64,000 nt of DNA from Candidatus Omnitrophota bacterium (lineage in GTDB: Bacteria; Omnitrophota; Omnitrophia; Omnitrophales; Aquincolibacteriaceae). The translations under genes were made by a program, and so were the position numbers. Shown here piece after piece: positions 42,081 to 52,252 of the stretch (positions are counted from its first letter, which is position 1; the number at the start of each line of letters is the position of its first letter). The notes beneath the pieces were generated by a model, which saw only the letters and a program-made list of their open reading frames with translations, had not been told where the DNA came from and did no database searches. Where the stretch lies: NCBI GenBank assembly GCA_041674705.1, contig JBAYVF010000004.1, positions 38,516-102,515 on the forward strand. Direction: 5' to 3'.

Positions 42081-43412
42081 ATGATGAAAAAACTAAAGAA
42101 GTGGTTTTTAGGAATAACCGGGTTTATGGCTCTCATGGGAATTTCAAGGCTGGCCATGGCGGCGGACGGGGTCGTTCCGGCCATTAATACGGGCGATACG
42201 GCGTGGGTGCTGATGTCTGCGGCGTTCGTTTTCCTGATGACCCCGGGCCTAGCATTCTTCTACGGCGGCCTAGTTCGCAAAAAGAACATGCTTTCGGTGC
42301 TCATGCAATGTTTTATGCTGATGTGCATCATCACGCTTCAATGGGTGATCTTTGGCTACAGCCTTTCGTTCGGGCCGGATATCAAAGGAATGATCGGAAG
42401 CTTGAGCTGGGCGGGCCTGCACGGCGTCGGGATAACGCCGTTCGCGGATTATTCAGCCACGGTTCCGCATCAAGCCTTCATGATCTATCAAGCGATGTTT
42501 GCCATTATCACGCCGGGACTGATCCTGGGCGCTTTCGCGGAGCGTATGAAATTTTCCGCATTTGTTGTCTTCTCGCTCCTCTGGGCGACCTTTGTTTATG
42601 ATCCCGTTTGCCACTGGGTGTGGGGCGTGGGCGGTTTCTTGAGAAACATGGGAGCGCTTGATTTTGCCGGAGGCACAGTCGTTCACATTAATGCGGGTGT
42701 TGCGGCTCTTGCCTGCGCGCTAGTGCTAGGGAAAAGAAAAGGTTATCCCAGCCATATGTCACCTCCGCACAATCTTCCGTTTGCTGTGCTCGGCGCGGGG
42801 TTGTTGTGGTTCGGCTGGTTCGGGTTCAATGGAGGAAGTGCCCTGGGAGCTAACGGTCTTGCCACAAGCGCCCTTGTGGTGACCCATGTGGCCGCCGCTG
42901 CCGCAGGTCTGACCTGGTCATTGATCGAATGGAAGATTAGCTCGAAGCCGACCATGCTTGGCATGATCACGGGAGCTGTTGCTGGGCTTGTTGCTATTAC
43001 GCCGGCCGCGGGATTTGTCGGCCCCATGGATGCTATTTGGATCGGGATTGGGGTTTCCGTGATTTGTTATTTCTTTGTTGCTGTGGTGAAAAGCAAGTTT
43101 GGCTATGACGATTCTCTGGATGCTTTTGGTGTGCATGGGGTTGGCGGGATCTGGGGAGCTTTGGCCACGGGACTCTGGGCCACAAAGGAGATTAATCCGG
43201 CCGGGAATAATGGGCTTTTTTACGGGAATCCTGGACTCCTGTGGATTCAGCTCAAGGCGGTAGTGATTACCATTGTTTATTCGTTCATCGTTTCGTTTGT
43301 TCTTCTGAAGATCGTAGACGTTCTGCTGGGTCTACGCGTTTCGGAGGACGAAGAGCGCATCGGGCTGGACCTCACGCAACATCGTGAATCTGGCTACACC
43401 ATCTTAGATTAA
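42081..43412 (+). CDS. amt: Ammonium transporter (copy 1)
   Basis: Amt/MEP signature D(F)AGG.VVH. Signal peptide. 11 TM helices. Start moved to the ATG after the GGGAGG Shine-Dalgarno. Confidence 0.9.
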   Translation: MMKKLKKWFLGITGFMALMGISRLAMAADGVVPAINTGDTAWVLMSAAFVFLMTPGLAFFYGGLVRKKNMLSVLMQCFMLMCIITLQWVIFGYSLSFGPDIKGMIGSLSWAGLHGVGITPFADYSATVPHQAFMIYQAMFAIITPGLILGAFAERMKFSAFVVFSLLWATFVYDPVCHWVWGVGGFLRNMGALDFAGGTVVHINAGVAALACALVLGKRKGYPSHMSPPHNLPFAVLGAGLLWFGWFGFNGGSALGANGLATSALVVTHVAAAAAGLTWSLIEWKISSKPTMLGMITGAVAGLVAITPAAGFVGPMDAIWIGIGVSVICYFFVAVVKSKFGYDDSLDAFGVHGVGGIWGALATGLWATKEINPAGNNGLFYGNPGLLWIQLKAVVITIVYSFIVSFVLLKIVDVLLGLRVSEDEERIGLDLTQHRESGYTILD

Positions 43413-43424
43413 AGGAGGAATGCC

Positions 43425-43766
43425 ATGAAATATATTATCGCCGTGATCCAACCGGACCGGGTGGATGAAGTGCTCCGGATCCTCGAAGAAAAAGAGATCC
43501 ATCTTGTGACCGTAACTAATGTTCTTGGCCGCGGCCGGCAAAAGGGGATCTCCGAGGTTTACCGGGGCCATAAAGAGGGGGGGCGGCTGCTTCGAAAAGT
43601 GAAGCTCGAAATCGCGGTCAATGAAGCCTTTGTGAAGGCGACGGTCGATGCGATCAAAGAAGGTTCGAGGACGGGGCATATCGGGGACGGCAAGATCTTT
43701 GTGCTCGATCTCAAGGAATGCTTTCGAATTCGCACCGGGGAGATCGGCGAAGTCGCAATCGGATAA
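43425..43766 (+). CDS. glnK: Nitrogen regulatory protein P-II (copy 1)
   Basis: MKYIIAVIQPDR...GRGRQKG...EVYRG T-loop. Linked to amt. Confidence 0.9.
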   Translation: MKYIIAVIQPDRVDEVLRILEEKEIHLVTVTNVLGRGRQKGISEVYRGHKEGGRLLRKVKLEIAVNEAFVKATVDAIKEGSRTGHIGDGKIFVLDLKECFRIRTGEIGEVAIG

Positions 43767-43767
43767 A

Positions 43768-43826
43768 ACGCGGGGAACGGCGAGCGAGAAATATTAGTTT
43801 TTGCGTTCGGCGTTCCCCGTTTCCAG
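43768..43826 (+). terminator. Imperfect long hairpin (CGGGGAACGGCG.../...CGTTCGGCGTTCCCCG) after glnK1: possible terminator or enhancer site
   Basis: About 17-bp stem with 2 mismatches and an AT-rich loop. A short T-run follows. Confidence 0.4.
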
Positions 43827-43840
43827 GTTTTTCAACAACT

Positions 43841-43856
43841 TGGCACATCTCTTGCA
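43841..43856 (+). promoter_or_regulatory. Sigma54 promoter (TGGCAC-N5-TTGCA) for amt2-glnK2
   Basis: Perfect consensus. Confidence 0.65.
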
Positions 43857-43984
43857 CCATACCGTGAGAAGCTCTATCTCTGCATTCGGCTCAGAATAGA
43901 GATTTTTTTGCTACCTTAAAGTCTACAAAAATGTAGGACGAATTCGTCGCGAATAGGATCTGTCGACAAAAATGGAGGCGTTTG

Positions 43985-45313
43985 ATGCGAAAAAAAAGTA
44001 AGCTTTTTTGGGAAATTATTCTTTTCTTTGTTTTTCTGGGTTTATCGAAAATGGTATGGGCTGCAGACCCAGCGGTCCCGCCCGTTAGCGGCGGAGATAT
44101 CTCGTGGGTTCTTGTTTCCGCGGCTCTGGTATTTCTGATGACTCCCGGTTTGGCTTTTTTCTACGGCGGGCTCGTTCGTAAGAAGAATATGCTCTCGGTC
44201 CTGATGCAGTGCTTTATTTTGATATGCCTGATCACGCTTCAGTGGGTGCTTTTCGGCTATAGTTTGGCATTTGGTCCGGATGTGAAGGGGCTGATCGGCA
44301 ACTTGAGCTGGGCAGGGCTTCAGGGCGTGGGTCTGGATCCTTTTGCGGCTTATTCATCTACAATCCCGCATCAGCTTTTTATGATCTATCAAGCGATGTT
44401 CGCGATTATCACGCCGGGCTTGATCCTGGGGGCCTTCGCAGAGCGCATGAAATTCTCCGCATTTTGTATCTTCTCGCTTCTTTGGGCCACATTCGTTTAC
44501 GATCCCGTTTGCCACTGGATGTGGGGTGCGGGTGGTTTCCTGAGAGATATGGGGGCTCTTGATTTTGCGGGTGGGGTTGTGGTTCATATCAACGCCGGCA
44601 TTGCGGCTTTGGTTTGCGCGCTTGTGCTCGGTAAAAGAAAAGGCTATCCCAGTCATATGTCGCCTCCCCACAACCTGCCCTTTGCGGTTTTAGGTGCCGG
44701 GCTTCTTTGGTTCGGTTGGTTTGGGTTTAATGGAGGAAGTGCGTTAGGCGCCAATCGACTCGCCGTGAGCGCCATGGTCGTTTCTCACGTTGCCGGGGCA
44801 GCTGCCGGGCTGACTTGGGCGCTCCTGGAATGGAAGTTCAACTCTAAACCTACCATGCTCGGTATGATTACCGGCGCCGTCGCGGGACTTGCGACGATCA
44901 CCCCGGCAGCAGGCTTTGTGGGGCCGATCGATGCGATCTGGATAGGGGTTTTGGCTTCACTCGTCTGTTTCTTTTGTGTGGCGGTGGTTAAAGCCAAGTT
45001 CACTTACGATGATTCACTGGATGCTTTCGGAGTGCACGGGGTTGGCGGGATCGTGGGGACTTTGGCCACGGGACTCTGGGCGACAAAGGCCATCAATCCA
45101 GCCGGGAATAACGGACTTTTTTACGGAAATCCGGGTCTGTTTCTAATTCAGCTGAAGGCTGTGGGGATCACCATTGTTTATTCATTTGTCGTCTCCTGGG
45201 TCCTTCTGAAGCTTGTGGATGTTTTTATAGGTCTGCGTGTTTCTGAGGACGGCGAACGCATCGGGCTGGATCTCACGCAGCATCGTGAATCTGCCTACAC
45301 CATGTTGGATTAA
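43985..45313 (+). CDS. amt: Ammonium transporter (copy 2)
   Basis: Paralogue of copy 1, about 75% identical. GGAGG Shine-Dalgarno before ATG 43985. Confidence 0.9.
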   Translation: MRKKSKLFWEIILFFVFLGLSKMVWAADPAVPPVSGGDISWVLVSAALVFLMTPGLAFFYGGLVRKKNMLSVLMQCFILICLITLQWVLFGYSLAFGPDVKGLIGNLSWAGLQGVGLDPFAAYSSTIPHQLFMIYQAMFAIITPGLILGAFAERMKFSAFCIFSLLWATFVYDPVCHWMWGAGGFLRDMGALDFAGGVVVHINAGIAALVCALVLGKRKGYPSHMSPPHNLPFAVLGAGLLWFGWFGFNGGSALGANRLAVSAMVVSHVAGAAAGLTWALLEWKFNSKPTMLGMITGAVAGLATITPAAGFVGPIDAIWIGVLASLVCFFCVAVVKAKFTYDDSLDAFGVHGVGGIVGTLATGLWATKAINPAGNNGLFYGNPGLFLIQLKAVGITIVYSFVVSWVLLKLVDVFIGLRVSEDGERIGLDLTQHRESAYTMLD

Positions 45314-45416
45314 CCCCGTTAGAGGTTCAGATGTCTCATAACGGACGTTCTAGAAAGTATGCGAATCAATACATCAAAAACACATCCCGTGAAAGTGGGT
45401 TAGATCTCTAACGGGG
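45314..45416 (+). promoter_or_regulatory. Second copy of the CCCCGTTAGAG...CTCTAACGGGG bracketed leader, between amt2 and glnK2
   Basis: Arms at 45314-45324 (starting right after the amt2 stop) and 45406-45416. The interior differs from the gatC copy. GGAGG Shine-Dalgarno and the glnK2 ATG follow. Confidence 0.5.
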
Positions 45417-45430
45417 TAAAGGAGGAACCT

Positions 45431-45772
45431 ATGCGCTACATCATTGCGATCATTCAACCAGATCGATTGGACGAAGTTTTGAGAATCTTGGAAGAAAAAG
45501 AGATTCATCTCGTGACGGTCACAAGCGTTCTGGGGCGCGGACGTCAAAAGGGGATTTCGGAAGTTTATCGCGGTCATAAGGAAAATGGACGTCTCTTGAA
45601 AAAAATAAAACTGGAGATCGCCGTGAATGAAGAGTTCGTGAAAGCTACCGTCGACGCCATTATCCAAGGTGCTCGAACTAATCACATCGGGGATGGAAAG
45701 ATCTTCGTTCTTGATCTAAAAGAATGTTTTCGTATCCGTACCGGTGAGACCGGGAAAATAGCGATCGGTTAA
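45431..45772 (+). CDS. glnK: Nitrogen regulatory protein P-II (copy 2)
   Basis: Near-identical to copy 1. Confidence 0.9.
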   Translation: MRYIIAIIQPDRLDEVLRILEEKEIHLVTVTSVLGRGRQKGISEVYRGHKENGRLLKKIKLEIAVNEEFVKATVDAIIQGARTNHIGDGKIFVLDLKECFRIRTGETGKIAIG

Positions 45773-45790
45773 ACCCAACTAAAAAGAGTA

Positions 45791-45854
45791 TCCCGGCCCA
45801 AAATCGCCTCCCCTGGCGATTGAGAAGTACCCCTTCTCGGGGCCGGGATTTTTC
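45791..45854 (+). terminator. Repeated 64-nt compound terminator element (copy 1)
   Basis: TCCCGGCCC...nested AATCGCC-tcccctg-GCGATT...GGGGCCGGGA followed by TTTTT. Near-identical to 47610-47674. Confidence 0.55.
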
Positions 45855-45976
45855 TTGCCCTGTTTTTTTGGATGTCGGGTGTTGGATCATTCCTAAAAAC
45901 TACAAAATTGTAATACCTCAAAATGTTTCTGCCTTCTCAAAATAAAATCCTACTGTAAGCCCGATTTTTCCTAACT

Positions 45977-45992
45977 TGGCATGATATATGCA
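45977..45992 (+). promoter_or_regulatory. Sigma54-type promoter (TGGCAT-N5-ATGCA) upstream of the Fis-like gene and porin; CTACAAAATTGTAA motif at 45900-45913
   Basis: GG-N10-GC spacing conserved. The motif lies about 65 bp upstream. Confidence 0.5.
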
Positions 45993-46035
45993 CTGTTTCC
46001 AATGGGTTCATTAACAGCCAATCGAAATTCAAGGT

Positions 46036-46242
46036 TTGAAGCAAATGGAGAATTTTAAACTGGATCATGGAGCTCTTCCAAATGAAGGGAGGCTTCTAAA
46101 TGCTGTTCATGAGCTTGAAAGGCAGATGATTGAGAAGGCCATGGCGCGCTCCGGGGGAAACCAACGCGTGGCCTCGGAAATCCTGGGGATCACGGAGCGT
46201 ATGCTGGGATATCGCTTAAAACATTACGGAATGAATTTTTAG
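46036..46242 (+). CDS. Stand-alone Fis-family HTH DNA-binding protein (68 aa)
   Basis: C-terminal NQRVASEILGITERMLGYRLKHYGM resembles the Fis/NtrC C-terminal HTH. Confidence 0.6.
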   Translation: MKQMENFKLDHGALPNEGRLLNAVHELERQMIEKAMARSGGNQRVASEILGITERMLGYRLKHYGMNF

Positions 46243-46274
46243 GAAGCATTTTAGAAATACAACAACTGGAGGAA

Positions 46275-47573
46275 GTGATGGAAAAAATATTAAAAAGGTT
46301 TTTAAGTGTGTGCCTGATCGGAATGTGTTTTTGCCCCGGGGTGGTTTTTGGCGAAAGCCTTGAGACCGCGCCCGGGGTCCAGGCAACCGAGATCGCTCCG
46401 GCGCCGGTAGCCTCTCCGGACCGAGGGCTCTTGATGAGCCTTCTGGATTGGGCGGGGATCGGACAGACCCTGGACAAAGCCGGCATCAAGATCTACGGCT
46501 ATTCCGAAGCCGGGATCATGTTCGATCCCACGGCGGGCCGGAACGGGGCGGGTCCGACTTTTCTGGGATTCAATTATTTCAAAAACACCCCGATGCTCAA
46601 CAAGATCAGTTTGAACGTTGAGCGCACGGTCGATCCGTCGAAGAAGGCGTTTGACGTGGGTTTCCGTCTCGAGGGCATCTGGGGAACGGACGCGAAGTTC
46701 ATCCACGCGAACGGTATCGCGGACACACAAACGGGTCGCTATCAGATGGATCCTTTGCAGGCCTATGTCGACGTCACGACGCCTTACCTTCCGATTCGGA
46801 TCCGCGCCGGAAAATGGATCGAACTGGCCGGCTTTGAACATTTCAGCGCCAATATCTACGGTGCGTTCGGTGATCCTGCCAGGGCGTTTTATTCTTACAG
46901 TTATCAGTTCCTCTACGCGGAGCCTGGGACCCAAACGGGTGTTTTGGGGACTTATGTCCTGAATCCGCAATGGTCTTTTGATCTTGGGATCACGGATGGC
47001 TGGAATCAATGTACCCGGGATGCCAACCATTACGCGGACATCCTGGGGCGTATTACGTTTACGCCCAATGATAAGACCGCGTTTATTTTCACAATGACCG
47101 AAGGCCCGGAGTATCCGACGGGGGTAGGGCGTGGATTGCCTCCCGGTGACAATAAAGACTGGTGGACGGCCATGGATTTCGTAGCCACCCGCAAGGTGAC
47201 CGAAAAATTGAGTTTGGGTTTGGGAGGCGATTTTGTGAATGCTCCGCACATTCCCGGATTGTCCAAAGGCGCCAAACAATGGGGAGGTGTGGCCGGGTAT
47301 GCCAGCTACGCTCTTAACAAGTTTGTCACGGCGAATTCGCGACTCGAGTGGTATATCGACGCGGCCAACGGGTTTTCGAACGGAGCGTCCACGCGCGCCA
47401 ATTACTATGAAGCGACCTTGGGCCCGGCTATCAAGCCCTTCGCGAACAAGAAGTTCTTGTCTCAGGTGATCGTGAGACCGGAACTTCGCTTTGATTTTTC
47501 AAATCAGCCGGTTTTTGCCAAAGGCGACAAGATGCAGGTGTCGTTAAGCGCGGATATTCTGTATACCTTTTAG
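46275..47573 (+). CDS. Outer-membrane beta-barrel porin (sigma54/nitrogen-regulon associated)
   Basis: Signal peptide (MMEKILKRFLSVCLIGMCFCPGVVFG). Alternating amphipathic beta strands. C-terminal ...ADILYTF with terminal aromatic residue. Confidence 0.65.
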   Translation: MMEKILKRFLSVCLIGMCFCPGVVFGESLETAPGVQATEIAPAPVASPDRGLLMSLLDWAGIGQTLDKAGIKIYGYSEAGIMFDPTAGRNGAGPTFLGFNYFKNTPMLNKISLNVERTVDPSKKAFDVGFRLEGIWGTDAKFIHANGIADTQTGRYQMDPLQAYVDVTTPYLPIRIRAGKWIELAGFEHFSANIYGAFGDPARAFYSYSYQFLYAEPGTQTGVLGTYVLNPQWSFDLGITDGWNQCTRDANHYADILGRITFTPNDKTAFIFTMTEGPEYPTGVGRGLPPGDNKDWWTAMDFVATRKVTEKLSLGLGGDFVNAPHIPGLSKGAKQWGGVAGYASYALNKFVTANSRLEWYIDAANGFSNGASTRANYYEATLGPAIKPFANKKFLSQVIVRPELRFDFSNQPVFAKGDKMQVSLSADILYTF

Positions 47574-47609
47574 GATCGCGGAAGCTCCATAAGAGATCAA
47601 GGAAAAATT

Positions 47610-47674
47610 CATCCCGGCCCAAGATCGCCTCCCCTGGTGATCGAGAAGTACCCCTTCTCAGGGCCGGGACTTTT
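47610..47674 (+). terminator. Repeated 64-nt compound terminator element (copy 2)
   Basis: TCCCGGCCCAAGATCGCCTCCCCTGGTGATCGAGAAGTACCCCTTCTCAGGGCCGGGA followed by TTTTTT. Confidence 0.55.
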
Positions 47675-47826
47675 TTCAGGATTTAGGGGTTCTCGGGACC
47701 CCGGATTTTATGATTATCCGCTGCTGGACAGTTTGGCCAACCTGAAGTATTCTATGCGCCAATCTGAAGGCCTTCTGACCAGTAAGAACGGAAGCCCGCT
47801 GATTCACTTACCCCAGGTGTAAAATC

Positions 47827-48954
47827 GTGAAAAAAGCAATACTAGCGCTCGAGGATGGTGTGTGGTTCGAAGGCGAGGGTTTTGGCGCCGACGGTGAGGT
47901 ATTTGGGGAAGTTGTTTTCAATACGGGCTTAAGCGGCTATCAAGAGATCCTGACCGATCCCTCCTACAAAGGTCAGATGGTCTGCATGACCTATCCCCAT
48001 ATCGGCAACTACGGAATCAATACAGCCGATAGTGAATCCTCCCGGCCCTGGGTCGAAGGTTTTATCATCAAGGAACTGAGCCCGGTGGTGAGCAATTACC
48101 GCTCCGAGATGACGCTCGATCAATACCTCAAGAAATACAACATCCTCGGCATCCAGGGGATCGATACCCGCAAGCTTGTGAAACATCTCCGGACCGTGGG
48201 CGCCAAGAAAGCCGTTATTTCCACCCAGGAACTCGATCCCAAAAAACTCATCCAAAAAGCCAAGAAATCCCGCGGCATCGAAGGCGTCGATCTGGTCAAA
48301 GAAGTGATGTGCCAGAAACCTTATGTCTTTGAAGATGTCATGCCGATGGAATTTGCATGGGGTGATCAGCAAAAAAAAGGATTCAAGGTCGTCGCTGTCG
48401 ATAGCGGTGTGAAATGGAATATCCTCCGGAAACTCAACCAGCATGGCTTCCATGTTCAGGTGGTTCCGGCGAGCGCGACCGCCGAAGAGATCCTGGCGTA
48501 TAAACCGGACGGTCTTTTTCTCGCGAACGGTCCCGGCGATCCGGCGGCTGTGAAATATCTGGTTGCAACGGTGCGGAAACTCATCGGCAAACTGCCGATG
48601 TTCGGTATTTGTCTCGGGCATCAGATGATCGGGCAGGCGCTCGGGGGGAAGACCTCCAAGCTCAAATTCGGGCACCATGGCAATAACCAGCCGGTCATGG
48701 ACCTCAAGACACGGAAGATCGAGATCACTTCCCAAAACCACAACTTTGTGGTGAATATCGAGTCGCTTCCCAAAGACGAAGTGGAAATGACGCACATCAA
48801 TTTGAATGATAAAACGCTCGAGGGATTCCGGCACAAGAAATACCCGATCTTCTGCGTGCAGTATCACCCCGAGAATGCCCCGGGGCCGCACGACAGCGAC
48901 TATCTCTTTTCCCGTTTTTATGACCTTATAGAGAAGAGCCAAAAGAATGCCTAA
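47827..48954 (+). CDS. carA: Carbamoyl-phosphate synthase small (glutaminase) subunit
   Basis: GATase class I triad region (GICLGHQ). GTG start. Confidence 0.95.
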   Translation: MKKAILALEDGVWFEGEGFGADGEVFGEVVFNTGLSGYQEILTDPSYKGQMVCMTYPHIGNYGINTADSESSRPWVEGFIIKELSPVVSNYRSEMTLDQYLKKYNILGIQGIDTRKLVKHLRTVGAKKAVISTQELDPKKLIQKAKKSRGIEGVDLVKEVMCQKPYVFEDVMPMEFAWGDQQKKGFKVVAVDSGVKWNILRKLNQHGFHVQVVPASATAEEILAYKPDGLFLANGPGDPAAVKYLVATVRKLIGKLPMFGICLGHQMIGQALGGKTSKLKFGHHGNNQPVMDLKTRKIEITSQNHNFVVNIESLPKDEVEMTHINLNDKTLEGFRHKKYPIFCVQYHPENAPGPHDSDYLFSRFYDLIEKSQKNA

Positions 48955-51900
48955 AAGAACCGATATCAAAAAGATCCTCATCATCGGGTCCGGGCCGATC
49001 ATCATCGGTCAGGCGTGCGAATTCGATTATTCGGGCGCGCAGGCCGTCAAGGCCTTGAAAGAAGAAGGCTACAAGGTGGCCCTCATTAATTCCAATCCCG
49101 CGACCATCATGACCGATCCTGATCTTGCGGACGCGACCTACATTGAGCCGCTCACCGTGGAATTTCTCGAGAAGGTCATTATCAAGGAAAAGCCTGATGC
49201 CGTTCTGCCGACCATGGGCGGACAAACAGGATTGAATCTCGCCGTTGAGGCCTATGAAGCGGGCGTATTCAAGCGCCATAATGTCGAAATGATCGGCGCG
49301 AAGTACGAAGCGATCAAGAAGGCCGAGAACCGCGAGGAATTCAAGCGCGCCATGCAAAAGATCGGCCTGGATCTTCCGAAAAGCGATTTCGCGTATTCCC
49401 TGGAAGAAGCCGAGAAGGTGGCTGAAAAAATTGGTTATCCGGTCATTGTGCGGGCGAGTTTTACGCTCGGCGGTTCCGGAAGCGGCGTTTGCCATAATAT
49501 CGAGGAACTCCGGACAACGGCGCGCACAGGGTTGGATTACAGCCGGGTTCACGAGATTCTGATCGAAGAATCGATCGTGGGATGGAAAGAATATGAACTT
49601 GAGGTGATGCGCGACACGAATGACAATTTCGTGGTTATCTGCTCGATCGAAAATCTGGACCCCATGGGCGTTCATACGGGTGATTCCATCACCGTGGCGC
49701 CGGCGCAGACCTTGACGGACCGGGAATACCAGCGGATGCGCGATGCCGCCCGCAAAGTGATGTCTGAGATCGGGATCGAGACCGGAGGCTCGAACGTTCA
49801 GTTCGCGGTCGATCCCAAAACGGGCCGCATGGTCATCATTGAGATGAATCCTCGTGTTTCCAGGTCTTCGGCCTTGGCTTCCAAAGCCACGGGTTTTCCG
49901 ATTGCGAAGTTTGCGGCCAAGCTCGCGGTCGGATTGACACTGGATGAGATCCCCAACGACATTACCAAATACACGCCGGCCTCGTTTGAACCTTCAATCG
50001 ATTATTGCGTGGTCAAGATCCCGCGCTTTGCTTTCGAAAAATTTGAGGGTGTGGATGACCGCCTGTCGACCCAAATGAAATCCGTCGGCGAGGTCATGTC
50101 GATTGGCCGCACCTTTAAGGAAGCGTTCCAGAAAGGCTTGCGTTCGCTGGAGACGAAGCGTTTCGGGTTCGGCGGCGATGGTAAAGACAAGATCTTCGAC
50201 CTCACGCTCAAAACGCGCGAAGCCTATCTCCAATTCCTTAAGACCGTCCCTCAGGACAAGGAACTTCGCGAGAAGATCTTTGCCTATGCGAAGATTCCCC
50301 GGGAAGACAGGATTTTTTATCTGAAATACGCGTATCTTGCCGGGTACACCACCGAAGAGATCTATAAAAAAACAGGGGTCGACCCGTGGTTTCTAGCGCA
50401 GCTTAAGCAGATCATTGATCTTGAAGGAGAATTGCTCGCCGCGCAGGGGAAGCTAAAGCAACAGGATGGGTTGATGCGAAAGGCCAAGCAATACGGATTT
50501 TCGGACCGGCAACTCGCATTTTATTGGGGGCTTCAGGAAAAAGACGTTCGCAAAAAACGTAAGGGCCTTGGGATCAAACCGGTCTATAAATTGGTGGATA
50601 CCTGCGCCGCGGAATTCAAGGCCTACACGCCTTACTTTTATTCAACCTATGAGGACGAGGACGAGGCGAATCCCAGCCGGAAAAAGAAGGTCATGATCCT
50701 GGGCGGCGGGCCGAACCGCATCGGGCAGGGGATCGAATTTGATTATTGCTGCGTCCACGCGGTCATGGCCCTGAAAAAAATGGGCTATGAGACGATCATG
50801 GTCAACTCCAACCCCGAGACCGTGAGTACGGATTATGACACTTCCGACAAACTTTTCTTCGAACCGCTCACGCTGGAAGATGTCCTTAATATTTATGAAA
50901 ATGAAAAACCGCTGGGCGTGATCCTGCAGCTTGGCGGTCAAACGCCCTTGAATCTTGCGAAGTCGCTTTTGGCGAACGGGGTCAAGATCCTCGGGACCTC
51001 GGTCGATGCGATCGATCGCGCCGAAGATCGCGACCGGTTCAAGAAGTTGCTTAAGAAGATCGGGCTTCGCCAGCCCGCCAACGGAATTGCGACAAGTCTG
51101 GAGGAAGCCCATCAGATCGCCAAAGAGATCGGATATCCGGTCGTCATTCGTCCGTCCTATGTGCTCGGCGGCCGCGCCATGGAGATCGTCTATGACCAGA
51201 CTTCGCTCAAAAAATATATGAAACATGCGGTCGAAGCCAGTGACGACCAGCCTGTGCTGATCGATAAATTCCTTGAGGATGCGACCGAGATGGATGTGGA
51301 TCTTATTTCCGACGGGAAGACCGCCGTGGTGGGTTCTGTGATGGAACACATCGAGGAAGCGGGCATCCATTCCGGAGATAGCGCGTCCGTTATTCCGCCT
51401 TTTTCTATTTCCCGTGAGATTGTCGAGGAGATCGTCCAGAAGACCAAGCGGATCGCCAAAGAGCTCGGCGTGGTCGGGCTGATGAACGTTCAATATGCGA
51501 TCCAGAAGGACCAGGTTTTTTGCCTGGAGGTGAACCCGCGTGCTTCACGGACGGTGCCGTTTGTGAGTAAAACGATCGGGGTGCCGCTTGCAAAACTTGC
51601 CGCGCAGCTCATGGTCGGGAAAACGCTCAAAGAACTGAAATTCACCGAAGAGATCGTGCCGAAACATGTGGCCGTCAAAGAATCTGTTTTTCCTTTCGTG
51701 AAATTCCCGGGAGTCGACATTATCCTTTCTCCGGAAATGAAATCCACCGGCGAAGTCATGGGGATCGACAAAGATTTCGGGAAGGCTTTCTACAAATCCC
51801 AGGACGCGGCCATGTCTCATATCCCGCGCAAAGGAACAGTATTTATTAGCGTAAAAGATACAGATAAACCCAAGATCGCCGAGATCGCCCGGGAGTTTCA

Positions 51901-52240
51901 CAAGCTGGGCCTCAAAATCGTCTCAACCAAGGGGACGGCCAAGGTCCTGAAAGAGGCGGGCGTGCCTGCTGAAGAAGTTCTCAAGATGGTGGAGGGAAGC
52001 CCCAATCTCTCGCATTGGATCAAAGAGAAGAAAATGGACCTCATCATTAATACGCCGAGCGGAAAAGGCCCCATGCTCGATGAAGGCAAGATCCGATCGC
52101 TCGCCGTTTCCTTCAATATCCCGTGTATTACCACGCTGAGCGCTGCGCGTGCGGCCGTTCGCGGTCTTCAAGCTGTCCGGGATGATGACCTCGATGTGAA
52201 GTCGATCCAAGACTATCACGGCGTTAAAGGTAAACCCTAA
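48947..52240 (+). CDS. carB: Carbamoyl-phosphate synthase large subunit
   Basis: 1097 aa. Duplicated ATP-grasp halves and MGS-like C-terminal domain. Confidence 0.95.
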   Translation: MPKRTDIKKILIIGSGPIIIGQACEFDYSGAQAVKALKEEGYKVALINSNPATIMTDPDLADATYIEPLTVEFLEKVIIKEKPDAVLPTMGGQTGLNLAVEAYEAGVFKRHNVEMIGAKYEAIKKAENREEFKRAMQKIGLDLPKSDFAYSLEEAEKVAEKIGYPVIVRASFTLGGSGSGVCHNIEELRTTARTGLDYSRVHEILIEESIVGWKEYELEVMRDTNDNFVVICSIENLDPMGVHTGDSITVAPAQTLTDREYQRMRDAARKVMSEIGIETGGSNVQFAVDPKTGRMVIIEMNPRVSRSSALASKATGFPIAKFAAKLAVGLTLDEIPNDITKYTPASFEPSIDYCVVKIPRFAFEKFEGVDDRLSTQMKSVGEVMSIGRTFKEAFQKGLRSLETKRFGFGGDGKDKIFDLTLKTREAYLQFLKTVPQDKELREKIFAYAKIPREDRIFYLKYAYLAGYTTEEIYKKTGVDPWFLAQLKQIIDLEGELLAAQGKLKQQDGLMRKAKQYGFSDRQLAFYWGLQEKDVRKKRKGLGIKPVYKLVDTCAAEFKAYTPYFYSTYEDEDEANPSRKKKVMILGGGPNRIGQGIEFDYCCVHAVMALKKMGYETIMVNSNPETVSTDYDTSDKLFFEPLTLEDVLNIYENEKPLGVILQLGGQTPLNLAKSLLANGVKILGTSVDAIDRAEDRDRFKKLLKKIGLRQPANGIATSLEEAHQIAKEIGYPVVIRPSYVLGGRAMEIVYDQTSLKKYMKHAVEASDDQPVLIDKFLEDATEMDVDLISDGKTAVVGSVMEHIEEAGIHSGDSASVIPPFSISREIVEEIVQKTKRIAKELGVVGLMNVQYAIQKDQVFCLEVNPRASRTVPFVSKTIGVPLAKLAAQLMVGKTLKELKFTEEIVPKHVAVKESVFPFVKFPGVDIILSPEMKSTGEVMGIDKDFGKAFYKSQDAAMSHIPRKGTVFISVKDTDKPKIAEIAREFHKLGLKIVSTKGTAKVLKEAGVPAEEVLKMVEGSPNLSHWIKEKKMDLIINTPSGKGPMLDEGKIRSLAVSFNIPCITTLSAARAAVRGLQAVRDDDLDVKSIQDYHGVKGKP

Positions 52241-52252
52241 AAGGAGAGTTCC

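Noticed and set aside
46302-47279. 325-aa minus-strand ORF
   Set aside because: It is antisense to the porin gene, which has a signal peptide and a C-terminal aromatic barrel signature. The antisense product is Arg-rich.
47929-49005. 358-aa minus-strand ORF
   Set aside because: It is antisense to carA.
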